Assembly: GCA_024635455.1 (NCBI GenBank)
Contig: JAGXIU010000002.1
Coordinates: 172,309 to 236,308, forward strand
Source: Candidatus Saccharimonadota bacterium
GTDB lineage: Bacteria > Patescibacteriota > Saccharimonadia > Saccharimonadales > SLHW01
Reading direction: 5' to 3'
DNA length: 64,000 bases
Shown: positions 27,812 to 36,034 of the stretch, piece by piece
Layout: each line of letters opens with the position of its first letter
How positions within the stretch are numbered: the first letter of the stretch is position 1
The notes under the pieces: generated by a model
What the model was told of the DNA's origin: nothing
The model's input: only the letters and a program-made list of their open reading frames with translations
Database searches by the model: none
Translations under genes and position numbers: made by a program

Positions 27812-28802
27812 TTGGCGTAAGTTACCAAAGCCCTACTTTATTTTGGCACCAATGGATGATGTGACCGATACGGTGTTTCGCCGTGTGGTTGGTGGTTGCG
27901 CTGCACCAGATATGTACTTTACCGAATTTGTGAATGTCGATGGCTTGCAGAGTCCCGGTAGACCTCGGCTACTCAATCGATTACAGTTTAGCGCATCTGA
28001 ACAACCACTTATTGCACAAATTTGGGGCAGGACACCTGAAAATTACTACAAGACAGCAAAAGAACTGGCTGACGGCACATTTGCGCGTGAATCAAGCGGA
28101 TTAGAAGATATCAACTACGCAGGCATTGATATTAATATGGGGTGTCCTGATAAGGCCGTCGTGAAGAACGGTTGTTGTGTCGCGCTTGTCAACGATCGAC
28201 CACTTGCCAAAGAAATAATTCAAGCGACGCAAGAAGGCGCTGGGGGTAAGCTACCCGTCAGCGTCAAAACACGTCTTGGGTTTAATGAAGTCGATTATTC
28301 TTGGCCAGAGTTTTTGCTTCAGCAGAAGCTTGACGTGTTAAGCATTCACGGTAGAACACGAAAGCAGATGAGCAAAGTCCCGGCAGACTGGGGTGCTATC
28401 GGTGCTATACGCCAGCTACGAGACGATATGGACATCGAGACACACATAGTAGGTAACGGAGATGTCATGAGTCGAGAGCATGGTCTGGCTCTTGCCCAGG
28501 AGCATCAGTTGGACGGCATTATGATTGGTCGCGGGATTTTCCAGGATCCGTTTGTGTTTGCCGAGCAGTCGCCGTGGGCCGAATACAGCAAACAGCAGAA
28601 GCTCGACTTATATGAGAAGCATGTGCGCTTATTTCAAGAAACGTGGGGCACTAGCGGTCGTCATATACGTGTGCTTAATAAGTTTTGTAAGATATATATC
28701 AATGAGTTTCCTGGCGCCAAAGAAGTTCGCGACATGTTAATGAACGCAAAAGATGCAGACGAACTCTTACATATAATCAAAGAAGCAGGTCAGAATGGCT
28801 GA
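27801..28802 (+). CDS. dus: tRNA-dihydrouridine synthase
   Basis: ILAPMDDVTDTVFRR and DINMGCPDKAV (catalytic Cys), with a TIM-barrel-type sequence. I use the ATG at 27801 because the track start at 27765 overlaps the upstream gene. Confidence 0.85.
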   Translation: MKNSWRKLPKPYFILAPMDDVTDTVFRRVVGGCAAPDMYFTEFVNVDGLQSPGRPRLLNRLQFSASEQPLIAQIWGRTPENYYKTAKELADGTFARESSGLEDINYAGIDINMGCPDKAVVKNGCCVALVNDRPLAKEIIQATQEGAGGKLPVSVKTRLGFNEVDYSWPEFLLQQKLDVLSIHGRTRKQMSKVPADWGAIGAIRQLRDDMDIETHIVGNGDVMSREHGLALAQEHQLDGIMIGRGIFQDPFVFAEQSPWAEYSKQQKLDLYEKHVRLFQETWGTSGRHIRVLNKFCKIYINEFPGAKEVRDMLMNAKDADELLHIIKEAGQNG

Positions 28803-29289
28803 GCAGGAACCAGCATTATCCGTAGAAATCGAACCAGGCTTCTCTGATGATAGAAAGAAGCGCCTAAACCATGTACTACAGGGCGTGAGGGAGCTCTTAC
28901 ACGAACAGCAGCTCGATGTTGAGTCTGAGCATGTTGGCGCACGAGTTCGTTTACAGGATGGTGTTGAACTGTATATACACGCTGGTAGCGAAAACTTTTC
29001 ATTGGAGCAACGCTGGGAGGTCCTGACACCTGACTCTTGGTTGCTTATATCTTTTGCCGCGCACTCACTTGATGAGGATGCCCCTCTTGGCCGGTTGAAG
29101 GGCTCATTGTTGAAGCTTGGGGCAAAAGGTCTGCACGTTGCTAAGGACGCAGCTGGTATTCGGGATGAGCCTGAGCAACTTAGTGTTTTGCCTGAAGTGC
29201 CAGCCAGCCATCAACAACACCTTGAGTTGTCAGTATTTTTAAGTCGAGCCATTGCTCGTGTTCGAGGGAAGTCGAACCTGGATCAATAA
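28795..29289 (+). CDS. Hypothetical protein (164 aa)
   Basis: Intact ORF overlapping the dus stop. No motif recognised. Confidence 0.45.
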   Translation: MAEQEPALSVEIEPGFSDDRKKRLNHVLQGVRELLHEQQLDVESEHVGARVRLQDGVELYIHAGSENFSLEQRWEVLTPDSWLLISFAAHSLDEDAPLGRLKGSLLKLGAKGLHVAKDAAGIRDEPEQLSVLPEVPASHQQHLELSVFLSRAIARVRGKSNLDQ

Positions 29290-29302
29290 AGCATCGGGTT
29301 GG

Positions 29303-30187
29303 TTACAACCGGTGTTGGTATAAGAAGTTCCACATTTCTTGCGTAGACGGAGGTACTGAATCAGGTAATTGCCATATACGCCATTGTGGCCATCGGTGCG
29401 AGGTATCATAAATCCGCTGTACAAGTTGATTATTATTGTCTGATTCCCACGTATATTCATCGTACGCATCTGTTTGCTGAAGTTGCTTATCGCGTAGTCC
29501 GTAGTGTGTTGCCCATATCTCAGCGGTATCATTTGCTGGCAAAAAGTTGAAGCCGGCACTGGAAAGCTGTTCATTTAGCGGTACATAATTATCAGTGGTG
29601 CCTTGCACAAGTAGCAGAGGTGCTTGTGCATCGCTGATATCTAGCGTTGTCTCGCGGTCGCCGACGCCGCTCATGACACTTACTCCCGCTGCAAATAAAT
29701 CTGGCCGTTCGTGTAACAGTCGCTGAGCTAACATGCCGCCGTTTGAAAACCCGACAACATAGATGCGCTGGCTATCTATTGCATTATCTTTACGTATGTC
29801 GTCTATCATAGCGGTAATAAAAGCGATGTCATCTATGTCGTTTTGGGATGCCCAGCCACAGCAGAATTTTCCGTTCCAAGATTGTTTTTGGCCAGAAGGG
29901 AGCGCTAGGGTGACGTCCTCTTTGTCCGCTAGTATATGGAGTCCTGAATAAGCACTCATCCACCATGCACGATCATGAAAGCCATGGAGCCCTATTAGCA
30001 GTGGTCTCGCTTCATCATTCGAGCCATTAACCAGTCGATATGAGCGCTCTTCATTCTGCACCGAAACGGTTTTTACCGGTGTAAATAGCAGCTTTCTATC
30101 GCTGGGAGCGAGGATAAAGAAAAACAACACAACAGCTGAAACCAGTGCTACAAACAGCACAACAAAGGTGAAGAGAATTATCCGCAT
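29303..30187 (-). CDS. Secreted alpha/beta hydrolase, PHB-depolymerase/LpqC-like esterase family
   Basis: N-terminal signal/anchor, nucleophile elbow GFSNGGMLAQ, FCCGWAS and DDIAFI motifs. Confidence 0.7.
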   Translation of the reverse strand: MRIILFTFVVLFVALVSAVVLFFFILAPSDRKLLFTPVKTVSVQNEERSYRLVNGSNDEARPLLIGLHGFHDRAWWMSAYSGLHILADKEDVTLALPSGQKQSWNGKFCCGWASQNDIDDIAFITAMIDDIRKDNAIDSQRIYVVGFSNGGMLAQRLLHERPDLFAAGVSVMSGVGDRETTLDISDAQAPLLLVQGTTDNYVPLNEQLSSAGFNFLPANDTAEIWATHYGLRDKQLQQTDAYDEYTWESDNNNQLVQRIYDTSHRWPQWRIWQLPDSVPPSTQEMWNFLYQHRL

Positions 30188-30269
30188 ATGTTTCAGTATG
30201 ACACTTTTCGTATTTTTTGACTACGAGTTACCTCTTGTATCTGGTAAAATGAGGCAGTCTGACCCATAT

Positions 30270-30345
30270 GGGGGTGTAGCTCAGGGGTTAGAGCAGTCGG
30301 CTCATAACCGATTGGTCGCTGGTTCAAATCCAGCCACCCCCACCA
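30270..30345 (+). tRNA. tRNA with CAU anticodon (elongator Met or Ile2/lysidine type), CCA encoded
   Basis: Cloverleaf read by eye: acceptor GGGGGTG/CACCCCC, D arm GCTC/GAGC, anticodon arm GTCGG-CTCATAA-CCGAT, T arm GCTGG-TTCAAAT-CCAGC. The variable and T-arm sequence resembles E. coli tRNA-Ile2 as I recall it. Confidence 0.9.
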
Positions 30346-31895
30346 GTTTGGAATGACGGTAACGCAACTAATGACGCAACTGGCTCTTTAAAGGAGTAAT
30401 GCGTCATTTTTTGTTGGTCAAAATAGAGTTTCAAAAACAAATTACTGACAATGATGTCCTTTTGAACCACATCGGCAGCTTTGAGCTTTTGAGCCATTTC
30501 TTTTAGGGTAGCCTTAAACTCATCTTTATCAATGGCAGGCAAGGTACTGCGCTCAATACTCCTCTGATATTTCTCAATGAGTTGCTCTTGCTGTTGTACG
30601 ATTTGCGATGCCTCGCCAATCTGCTCGGTGATAGTTTGCAGGGCGCGTTCGTGCTTGACGATTGATAGGCTCGGTGACAGTTCTGCTATTTTCTTTTCGT
30701 ACCCAGCTTTGGTTGTTCTTGCTCTGCTAAGGTCTGAACGCAATTTTGTTTTAGCTGTATCGCTATAAGACTTAATCTCTTTGAGGTACTCATCGTATGC
30801 ACTATCAGGCAGGCTCAGTAGCTTTTCTTTTATTACTCTATCAATCTCGCTAAACACCAGCTTGCCGCGAATACTCTTGTAGCCCCTTTCTCTCGGACAA
30901 TCCTTGTTTAAGCAAGCGTAGTTGAGGCGATGAACTTTATCCCTGCCTCGCGTGCGTCCGACTTGCATCGGTTTATCAAACTTACATACATCGCAATAAA
31001 CCATATAGCGAAGTGGCAAGATTGGCTTACGATTTTTCTTGCCAGCACGCCGCCTAGTTCTGCTAAGCTCTTGGACCATAAAGAATGTATCTCGGTCAAT
31101 CATTGGCTCAAATGGTACTGGCGCTGTTATCAAGTCAATGGTCTGACCAGCTTGGTTCAGCTCACCATAATAAAAGGTGTCTTTGAATAAGTTGCTCAGC
31201 GTACTGTCAGCCATCGTAAATGTAGTATGACCGCCGCGTTTTGCTATGAACTTCTGATAGCCCTGAGAGTTTATGTAGTCGCAAATCTCTTGCTGGTTTA
31301 CGCCCTTAGCCCGCATATGCCACGCCGTCTGTATGATAGTGAAGTTATCGCCGTCTTTGCGGTAGATGCCCTCAGTGTCGCGTATATAGCCGTGTTTTGG
31401 CGTGCCACCTGATTTATAGTCGCGCAGGTTGCCCCTTACGCCGCGTGTAACCTTACTAGATAAGTCATCGGAGTAGTGCTTGCTAAATACAAACAACATA
31501 CCCAAAAGCATTTTGCCGTTTGCATCGTTTGAAAACTGATGCGAAACAAAACGAATATCTTTAATAACATCCGTATCAAGCATATGAATAATTTTGCCCG
31601 CCTCAACCATATTTCTGGCAAGTCGGTCAGGATGCCAAGCAATAATACCGTCAAACTCTTTGAGCCTGATACGCTTTAGCATATTAGTAAACTCAGGGCG
31701 ATTGTTTGGTTTCTTTGCCGATTTTTGCTCGGATATAGTATCAACGATATTTAGCCCTAAGCGTTTAGCTAGGTCTCTACAATCCCGCTCTTGGTCTTTG
31801 ATAGACCTAATCTGCCTGCCCTCATCCTCTGTGGACTTACGCAGGTACAGCACATATTTAAGCGTTCTTAGGTCTAGCTCTTGCTCATCGTACAT
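30324..31895 (-). CDS. Large serine recombinase (integrase)
   Basis: N-terminal resolvase catalytic domain (YLRKSTEDEGRQIRSIKDQ...HPDRLARN), recombinase domain, Cys-rich zinc ribbon (CDVC...CLNKDC) and a coiled-coil C-terminus. The last codons are encoded by the complement of the tRNA T-arm and acceptor. Confidence 0.85.
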   Translation of the reverse strand: MYDEQELDLRTLKYVLYLRKSTEDEGRQIRSIKDQERDCRDLAKRLGLNIVDTISEQKSAKKPNNRPEFTNMLKRIRLKEFDGIIAWHPDRLARNMVEAGKIIHMLDTDVIKDIRFVSHQFSNDANGKMLLGMLFVFSKHYSDDLSSKVTRGVRGNLRDYKSGGTPKHGYIRDTEGIYRKDGDNFTIIQTAWHMRAKGVNQQEICDYINSQGYQKFIAKRGGHTTFTMADSTLSNLFKDTFYYGELNQAGQTIDLITAPVPFEPMIDRDTFFMVQELSRTRRRAGKKNRKPILPLRYMVYCDVCKFDKPMQVGRTRGRDKVHRLNYACLNKDCPRERGYKSIRGKLVFSEIDRVIKEKLLSLPDSAYDEYLKEIKSYSDTAKTKLRSDLSRARTTKAGYEKKIAELSPSLSIVKHERALQTITEQIGEASQIVQQQEQLIEKYQRSIERSTLPAIDKDEFKATLKEMAQKLKAADVVQKDIIVSNLFLKLYFDQQKMTHYSFKEPVASLVALPSFQTGGGGWI

Positions 31896-31914
31896 ATGCC
31901 AATTCTACCATTGA

Positions 31915-32061
31915 CTATAAGATGATGCGCCCACCGTTATTATCGTCTATGGACTGTTCGTTAACTTTGGCTTTTGGACTTGATGTATCTATTTCTTGCA
32001 AAACTTTAATTAGCTCTACAAAACTGCCTACTTCTTGCTCTTGTTGAGAAACGGTACTCAC
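31915..32061 (-). CDS. Small acidic ORF (48 aa) directly upstream of the recombinase; possible regulator or directionality factor
   Basis: GTG start 7 nt after GGGAG. Not in the ORF track because it is under 60 aa. Function is a guess from position only. Confidence 0.25.
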   Translation of the reverse strand: MSTVSQQEQEVGSFVELIKVLQEIDTSSPKAKVNEQSIDDNNGGRIIL

Positions 32062-32305
32062 GTTGATACTCCCAAGCCATTCGCATACAAAAGTACACTA
32101 TGGCATCGTTAGCCACGCTCGTAAGTCCGTTTTTTGCCGAGGTCGTATCTCGTTTTACTTACATTTCATGTATTGTGCTGCCCCAGACTTTTTAGCGGTC
32201 CTGTCTCCGTATTTGGCTGCTACATGAAATACATAGATTGTTAATAGTGTTTTTATTATAACTCAACTAAATTATTCCCGCGTGTAAGCGGCAACAAACC
32301 TTGCC

Positions 32306-32464
32306 CTATGTGTGCCAGTAGTGGTTTGGGGATACGGTGTAATAAATTGCCGGTATCCACAGCAGTAGCCAGCCGAAAAGAACATGCTTTACGATACTAT
32401 GACCCTTTTGCTCGCGTACATAGTTTGATTTGGGTTGTTTTGGTGCGTCCACTTTTTCCTCCAT
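32306..32464 (-). CDS. Small membrane protein (52 aa)
   Basis: MEEKVDAPK... followed by the hydrophobic stretch HVLFGWLLLWIPAIYY. The start overlaps the stop of the upstream gene. Confidence 0.4.
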   Translation of the reverse strand: MEEKVDAPKQPKSNYVREQKGHSIVKHVLFGWLLLWIPAIYYTVSPNHYWHT

Positions 32465-32465
32465 T

Positions 32466-32888
32466 TTAGTTAGTCGGTTGATGCGCAATGGTTAGCTTTA
32501 CGCTGTCGCCAGTCTGTACTAGGTCGCCTACTACAAATGCGTCTACCGATTGTCGGTCATCCGCCTTGTTTGGGTCTAGTTTCTCAAACATATCTGAGGC
32601 TTTGCCATTTATGTCGGTCAGTGCTTGCTTTTCAAAATCAGCGTCAACGGTATAGCCTTTACCCTTTAGCTCCTTGTAAACTACTAGCCCCTCATTGCCT
32701 TTGTAGTCGGCTGCGTTGAGCATTGGCAAGGTAGCAGTATTCTTATTGCTATCTGTCGTCTGTGAGCTATTAGGGTTGCTAGTGGTGTCAGTCTTGTTGC
32801 CTGATTGACCGGCTGCGCCAATCGCGCCGAGTACAACAACTACGACTAACCAAAACCACCACTTCTTAAATATCTTCTTGTCTTTCAC
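32466..32888 (-). CDS. Membrane-anchored hypothetical protein (140 aa)
   Basis: GTG at 32888 lies 8 nt after GGAGG. TM segment WWFWLVVVVVLGAIGAAG, then a Thr/Ser/Asn linker and a small globular domain. The longer track ORF (to 33053) lacks an RBS. Confidence 0.5.
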   Translation of the reverse strand: MKDKKIFKKWWFWLVVVVVLGAIGAAGQSGNKTDTTSNPNSSQTTDSNKNTATLPMLNAADYKGNEGLVVYKELKGKGYTVDADFEKQALTDINGKASDMFEKLDPNKADDRQSVDAFVVGDLVQTGDSVKLTIAHQPTN

Positions 32889-33249
32889 TATATGGACCTC
32901 CGTTTTAATTATTGTTAAGCGGTGTCCATAAAAAAGGACGACCCGCAGGTCGTCTAAAACCAGTACCAGCTTACGCCGAATACTTTTACGCGAGTCGCCC
33001 ATTTTTTGGCATAAACACGCAAAAATGCGATTGATGATACTGGTTTTAGACAATACTTATTATACTGTTTTGGCTAGAGTAGCGCCAGCTGTTAGACGAC
33101 TGATTTTTATTGCGTTTTATCCAAAATACTTGGTATTTCAATGAGAGAGACAAATATTCGGTACTCCCTATTTTTGCGAAAAAAACGCTGGCGGAATTGC
33201 TCCGACAAATAGGGTATTTAGACAGCGGAATGTCACTTTAACAGAGGTA

Positions 33250-33265
33250 GGGGGGCATGCCCCCC
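33250..33265. repeat. Perfect 16-bp GC palindrome GGGGGGCATGCCCCCC
   Basis: Read directly. It lies 17 nt downstream of the HNH gene stop and may act as a terminator stem. Confidence 0.7.
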
Positions 33266-33281
33266 GCCTTGTTTGTGTAAA

Positions 33282-34079
33282 TTAAGAGCTTATTGGAAAA
33301 CGTATCATCAGTGATTTATTGAACATTAATTCAAGTTTTATAGTTGCCGTTTGGTCATACTTATATCGCGTAAGCCACGGCGTAATATCAGCGCAATTAT
33401 TCAACCCTAGAGCTTTTGTCTCATCATTTCCAGAATAATAAAATGCGACTAGCTCGTTTTCTATACCAGCATAAGCCTGGGTGATGTATCTATCGCCGAT
33501 GTTCATTAGTGCGCCCACTGTGCCGAAGTAGGCACTATTGCCTAAATGTAGGCTCATATATAGGGCAAAATCATCAGTATTTGGCAGGTAGTCCTTATCA
33601 AGAATGGCTTTCCTAATTTCGGGGTTTCTGTCAGTTAGCCCAGGGTGTTCAACGGAGCAAAACGAAACCAGCATACGCTTAGCGATATTGAGGGGCTTAA
33701 TATCCTGTAGCACCATAGTTACAATTTCACCCTCAAGGTAACTCTCCATAGTTTGACCCTTAGGGATTGTGATTGAGGAGGTGATAATGTGGTGTACACC
33801 ATTATGAAACCGCGCAAACTCTTTATCATAAAGCGCGCCCGACAACTCATTGCACTCTTTACATAGGGTATGCTCAGCCAAACCATTCTGCTTTATTTTG
33901 CCGCGTGGCTTATAGTCGTTACCATCCTCGTCTTTGTGAAGTGTCTTTATTAGCTCATCGCCGCTATACAGTGTAATCTTTGCGCCGCCGCCAGCTGCGC
34001 GGGGTATGTAGTGTTCTTGCGAGAGCTGCTTTTCCTCACCGCAAATCCTGCATTTTCCGTATACTTTTTTCTTAGCCAT
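33282..34079 (-). CDS. HNH-family nuclease-like protein (PtuB-like) with an uncharacterised C-terminal domain
   Basis: A beta-beta-alpha-Me pattern, CRICGEEKQLSQEHYIPRAAGGG ... LCKECNELSG: two CxxC pairs flanking the His and Asn. About 170 aa follow with no recognisable motif. Confidence 0.65.
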   Translation of the reverse strand: MAKKKVYGKCRICGEEKQLSQEHYIPRAAGGGAKITLYSGDELIKTLHKDEDGNDYKPRGKIKQNGLAEHTLCKECNELSGALYDKEFARFHNGVHHIITSSITIPKGQTMESYLEGEIVTMVLQDIKPLNIAKRMLVSFCSVEHPGLTDRNPEIRKAILDKDYLPNTDDFALYMSLHLGNSAYFGTVGALMNIGDRYITQAYAGIENELVAFYYSGNDETKALGLNNCADITPWLTRYKYDQTATIKLELMFNKSLMIRFPISS

Positions 34080-34082
34080 ACC

Positions 34083-35579
34083 TCAAAGACCCGCGTCAAT
34101 CAAAGCCAACATTTCTGTGATTGATTGCCGAAACTCTGTGTCCGTGTAATCAGCATTTTGTGTATTTTCGGGGTGGTGGATTTTATTGCGGATGTAGGTA
34201 TAGAGCGTTGTGTTATATGCAGGCTGCGGTGTACCTGCGTTAACCCTAATCCAGCTTTTACTCTGCGAGATGCTTTTTGAGACAAAGTAGTTTTCTAAAT
34301 CTGCCTCCCGATAATTGCCTGTCTGTTCTTGAATAAAGCCATATAGTTCGTTATGCAGCTCAACAGTTGGTAAATCGTAGGCACTAAAGTTAACCTCGCC
34401 CCACGATGGGCTCCAAGGAAAATGCCCAAAACCACTGTCGTTAGCATCCGTTACAACTATCTCGTCATTGTTATCGCGTTTAAAAAGAAAAAGTCCCGGA
34501 CTGCTCGTAATGGCGTCTTTAAATATATATGGCGAGTGCGTAGATAAGAATATCTGTTTGTCTTTGCTTTCCTCAAGCAGTAAGCGCAATAGCTCTTTCT
34601 GCGCTTTAGGATGCAGATGTGCCTCAGGCTCATCAATGAGATATACGATTTTCCCACTTGAGGCATTGCCAATATTACGGAGCATTAGCAGGGCTATAAT
34701 CATCTCAACACCAGAACCAAGGTCTTTGGACAAAATTTGTAGTAATGAGGCGTCCTTTCGCAAGGCAAGCATACCTGTTCCGAACGGCTGTAAGTAATTG
34801 ATAATGTCTAGTTTAAGGTTCTTGTATTTTTCGTTGTCCAAGAAATCCGCAAGGTCGTCAGCAACTTTCTGACCAGCGCCGGATTGCGCGGCGTCTTTAG
34901 CTTGCTGGAAGTAGTCGCCTGTAAGGCTATCAATAATTGCCTGTTTCTTGGTCGCATCATTATTAATGGTTTTAACAAAGCGCCAATTCAAATCATCACA
35001 AATGCGCTCAAAAGTTGTTTTATAGTTACCTTGTGTGAGTTGTCGGGTACGGTTCTTGTCAAAGTAAAAAATATTAAGCTCATCACCATCTATATTTTCG
35101 GCAGAAAACATCCGAACATAATCAATGATGGGCTTGCCACTATCCTGACCACTTGCGTTCAGATAATTAGCTGCGGTGTTATTGAAGACAGATGACACCT
35201 GAAAAGGGGTGGATAATAGCTTGCCAGGCGATTTACTACCTCGGGGCTTTGCGGTAAATGTAATACCGTCAGCCTCATACGAGCAACCCCTATAAACAGG
35301 TGGCATTTTGCACTTGAAGTTAGCGCTGCTTTTATAGGACACCGATAGCTCTTGTTCCATATCCTTAAAGTCACTAATATCCATAGTGTTGTTGGTTGAG
35401 TACGAGCTTTGTGTCAGAAAGTTTATAGCCTCAAGCACTGTTGTTTTGCCATTGCCGTTTTCACCTATAAGTATATTGAGACCACTACCCGGCGTAGTGC
35501 CGTCAGGCACATTAAACTCACCAATGGTTTCATCTGCGAAACATCTTAAGTTTTTGATTGTGAGGTTTTTGATAAACAT
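34083..35579 (-). CDS. ABC/OLD-type (AAA_15/AAA_21-like) ATPase, PtuA-like, with a C-terminal RNxxxH tail
   Basis: Walker A GENGNGKTTVLEAINF, signature-like LGSGVEMII, Walker B VYLIDEPEAHLHP, H-loop LSTHSPYIF. The C-terminal 120 aa contain YIRNKIHHPEN. The stop lies 4 nt before the HNH gene start. Confidence 0.8.
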   Translation of the reverse strand: MFIKNLTIKNLRCFADETIGEFNVPDGTTPGSGLNILIGENGNGKTTVLEAINFLTQSSYSTNNTMDISDFKDMEQELSVSYKSSANFKCKMPPVYRGCSYEADGITFTAKPRGSKSPGKLLSTPFQVSSVFNNTAANYLNASGQDSGKPIIDYVRMFSAENIDGDELNIFYFDKNRTRQLTQGNYKTTFERICDDLNWRFVKTINNDATKKQAIIDSLTGDYFQQAKDAAQSGAGQKVADDLADFLDNEKYKNLKLDIINYLQPFGTGMLALRKDASLLQILSKDLGSGVEMIIALLMLRNIGNASSGKIVYLIDEPEAHLHPKAQKELLRLLLEESKDKQIFLSTHSPYIFKDAITSSPGLFLFKRDNNDEIVVTDANDSGFGHFPWSPSWGEVNFSAYDLPTVELHNELYGFIQEQTGNYREADLENYFVSKSISQSKSWIRVNAGTPQPAYNTTLYTYIRNKIHHPENTQNADYTDTEFRQSITEMLALIDAGL

Positions 35580-35975
35580 CTGTATTTATTGTACTTGATG
35601 TTGCCCTGTTTCAAACGCTTTCGTCTTATACTCCTAGCCACCTTAGAGTACATAGCTAACCTCAGTAAATGCACTAGCTCTGACCCTACCCATACAACGG
35701 CGTGTACTATCCCAGCCCTCTGCTATGTCTGCTAGAATATCCTCTAGTGGGCGAGTTTCAAATAAGGTTACTCCATCCCCACCACGTCGGAATGTACTCT
35801 GGCCAAATATCAAAAAAGCGCAATCAAGTGGCGCTTTTTTTATTTGGCCTGCATAATTCCTCCTCTTCCGCTTTATATAAAGCATTTTATAAAGCGGGTG
35901 TCGCGCGGGTTATTTGTTTGGTGGATGATACTCTATATCGGATTTGAACCAGGGAATTGCCTAGTATTGGATAAA

Positions 35976-36008
35976 ATAAACCCGACAGACTATAGTGTGT
36001 CGGGTTTA
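35976..36008. repeat. Conserved palindromic hairpin element, copy 3
   Basis: ATAAACCCGACAGACTATAGTGTGTCGGGTTTA, located 27 nt downstream of the minus-strand pyrF-like gene, at the right edge of island A. Confidence 0.8.
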
Positions 36009-36034
36009 CGATAGCTGTTATTCGGTGAAACGCT

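Larger units (their letters stand above)
30324..35952. mobile_element. About 5.6-kb integrative element adjacent to tRNA(CAU): large serine recombinase plus accessory cargo
   Basis: The recombinase ORF runs into the tRNA 3' end. The cargo genes are all on the minus strand. The 13-mer CTGGTTCAAATCC (30319-30331) recurs inverted at 35940-35952. The conserved host hairpin and the pyrF-like gene resume at 35976. Exact boundaries are not established. Confidence 0.55.

Noticed and set aside
35643-35885. 80-aa minus-strand ORF at the right end of island A.
   Set aside because: It contains a terminator-like hairpin with flanking A/T runs (about 35815-35850) inside the reading frame and has no recognisable motif. 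It may be a gene remnant but cannot be supported as a CDS.
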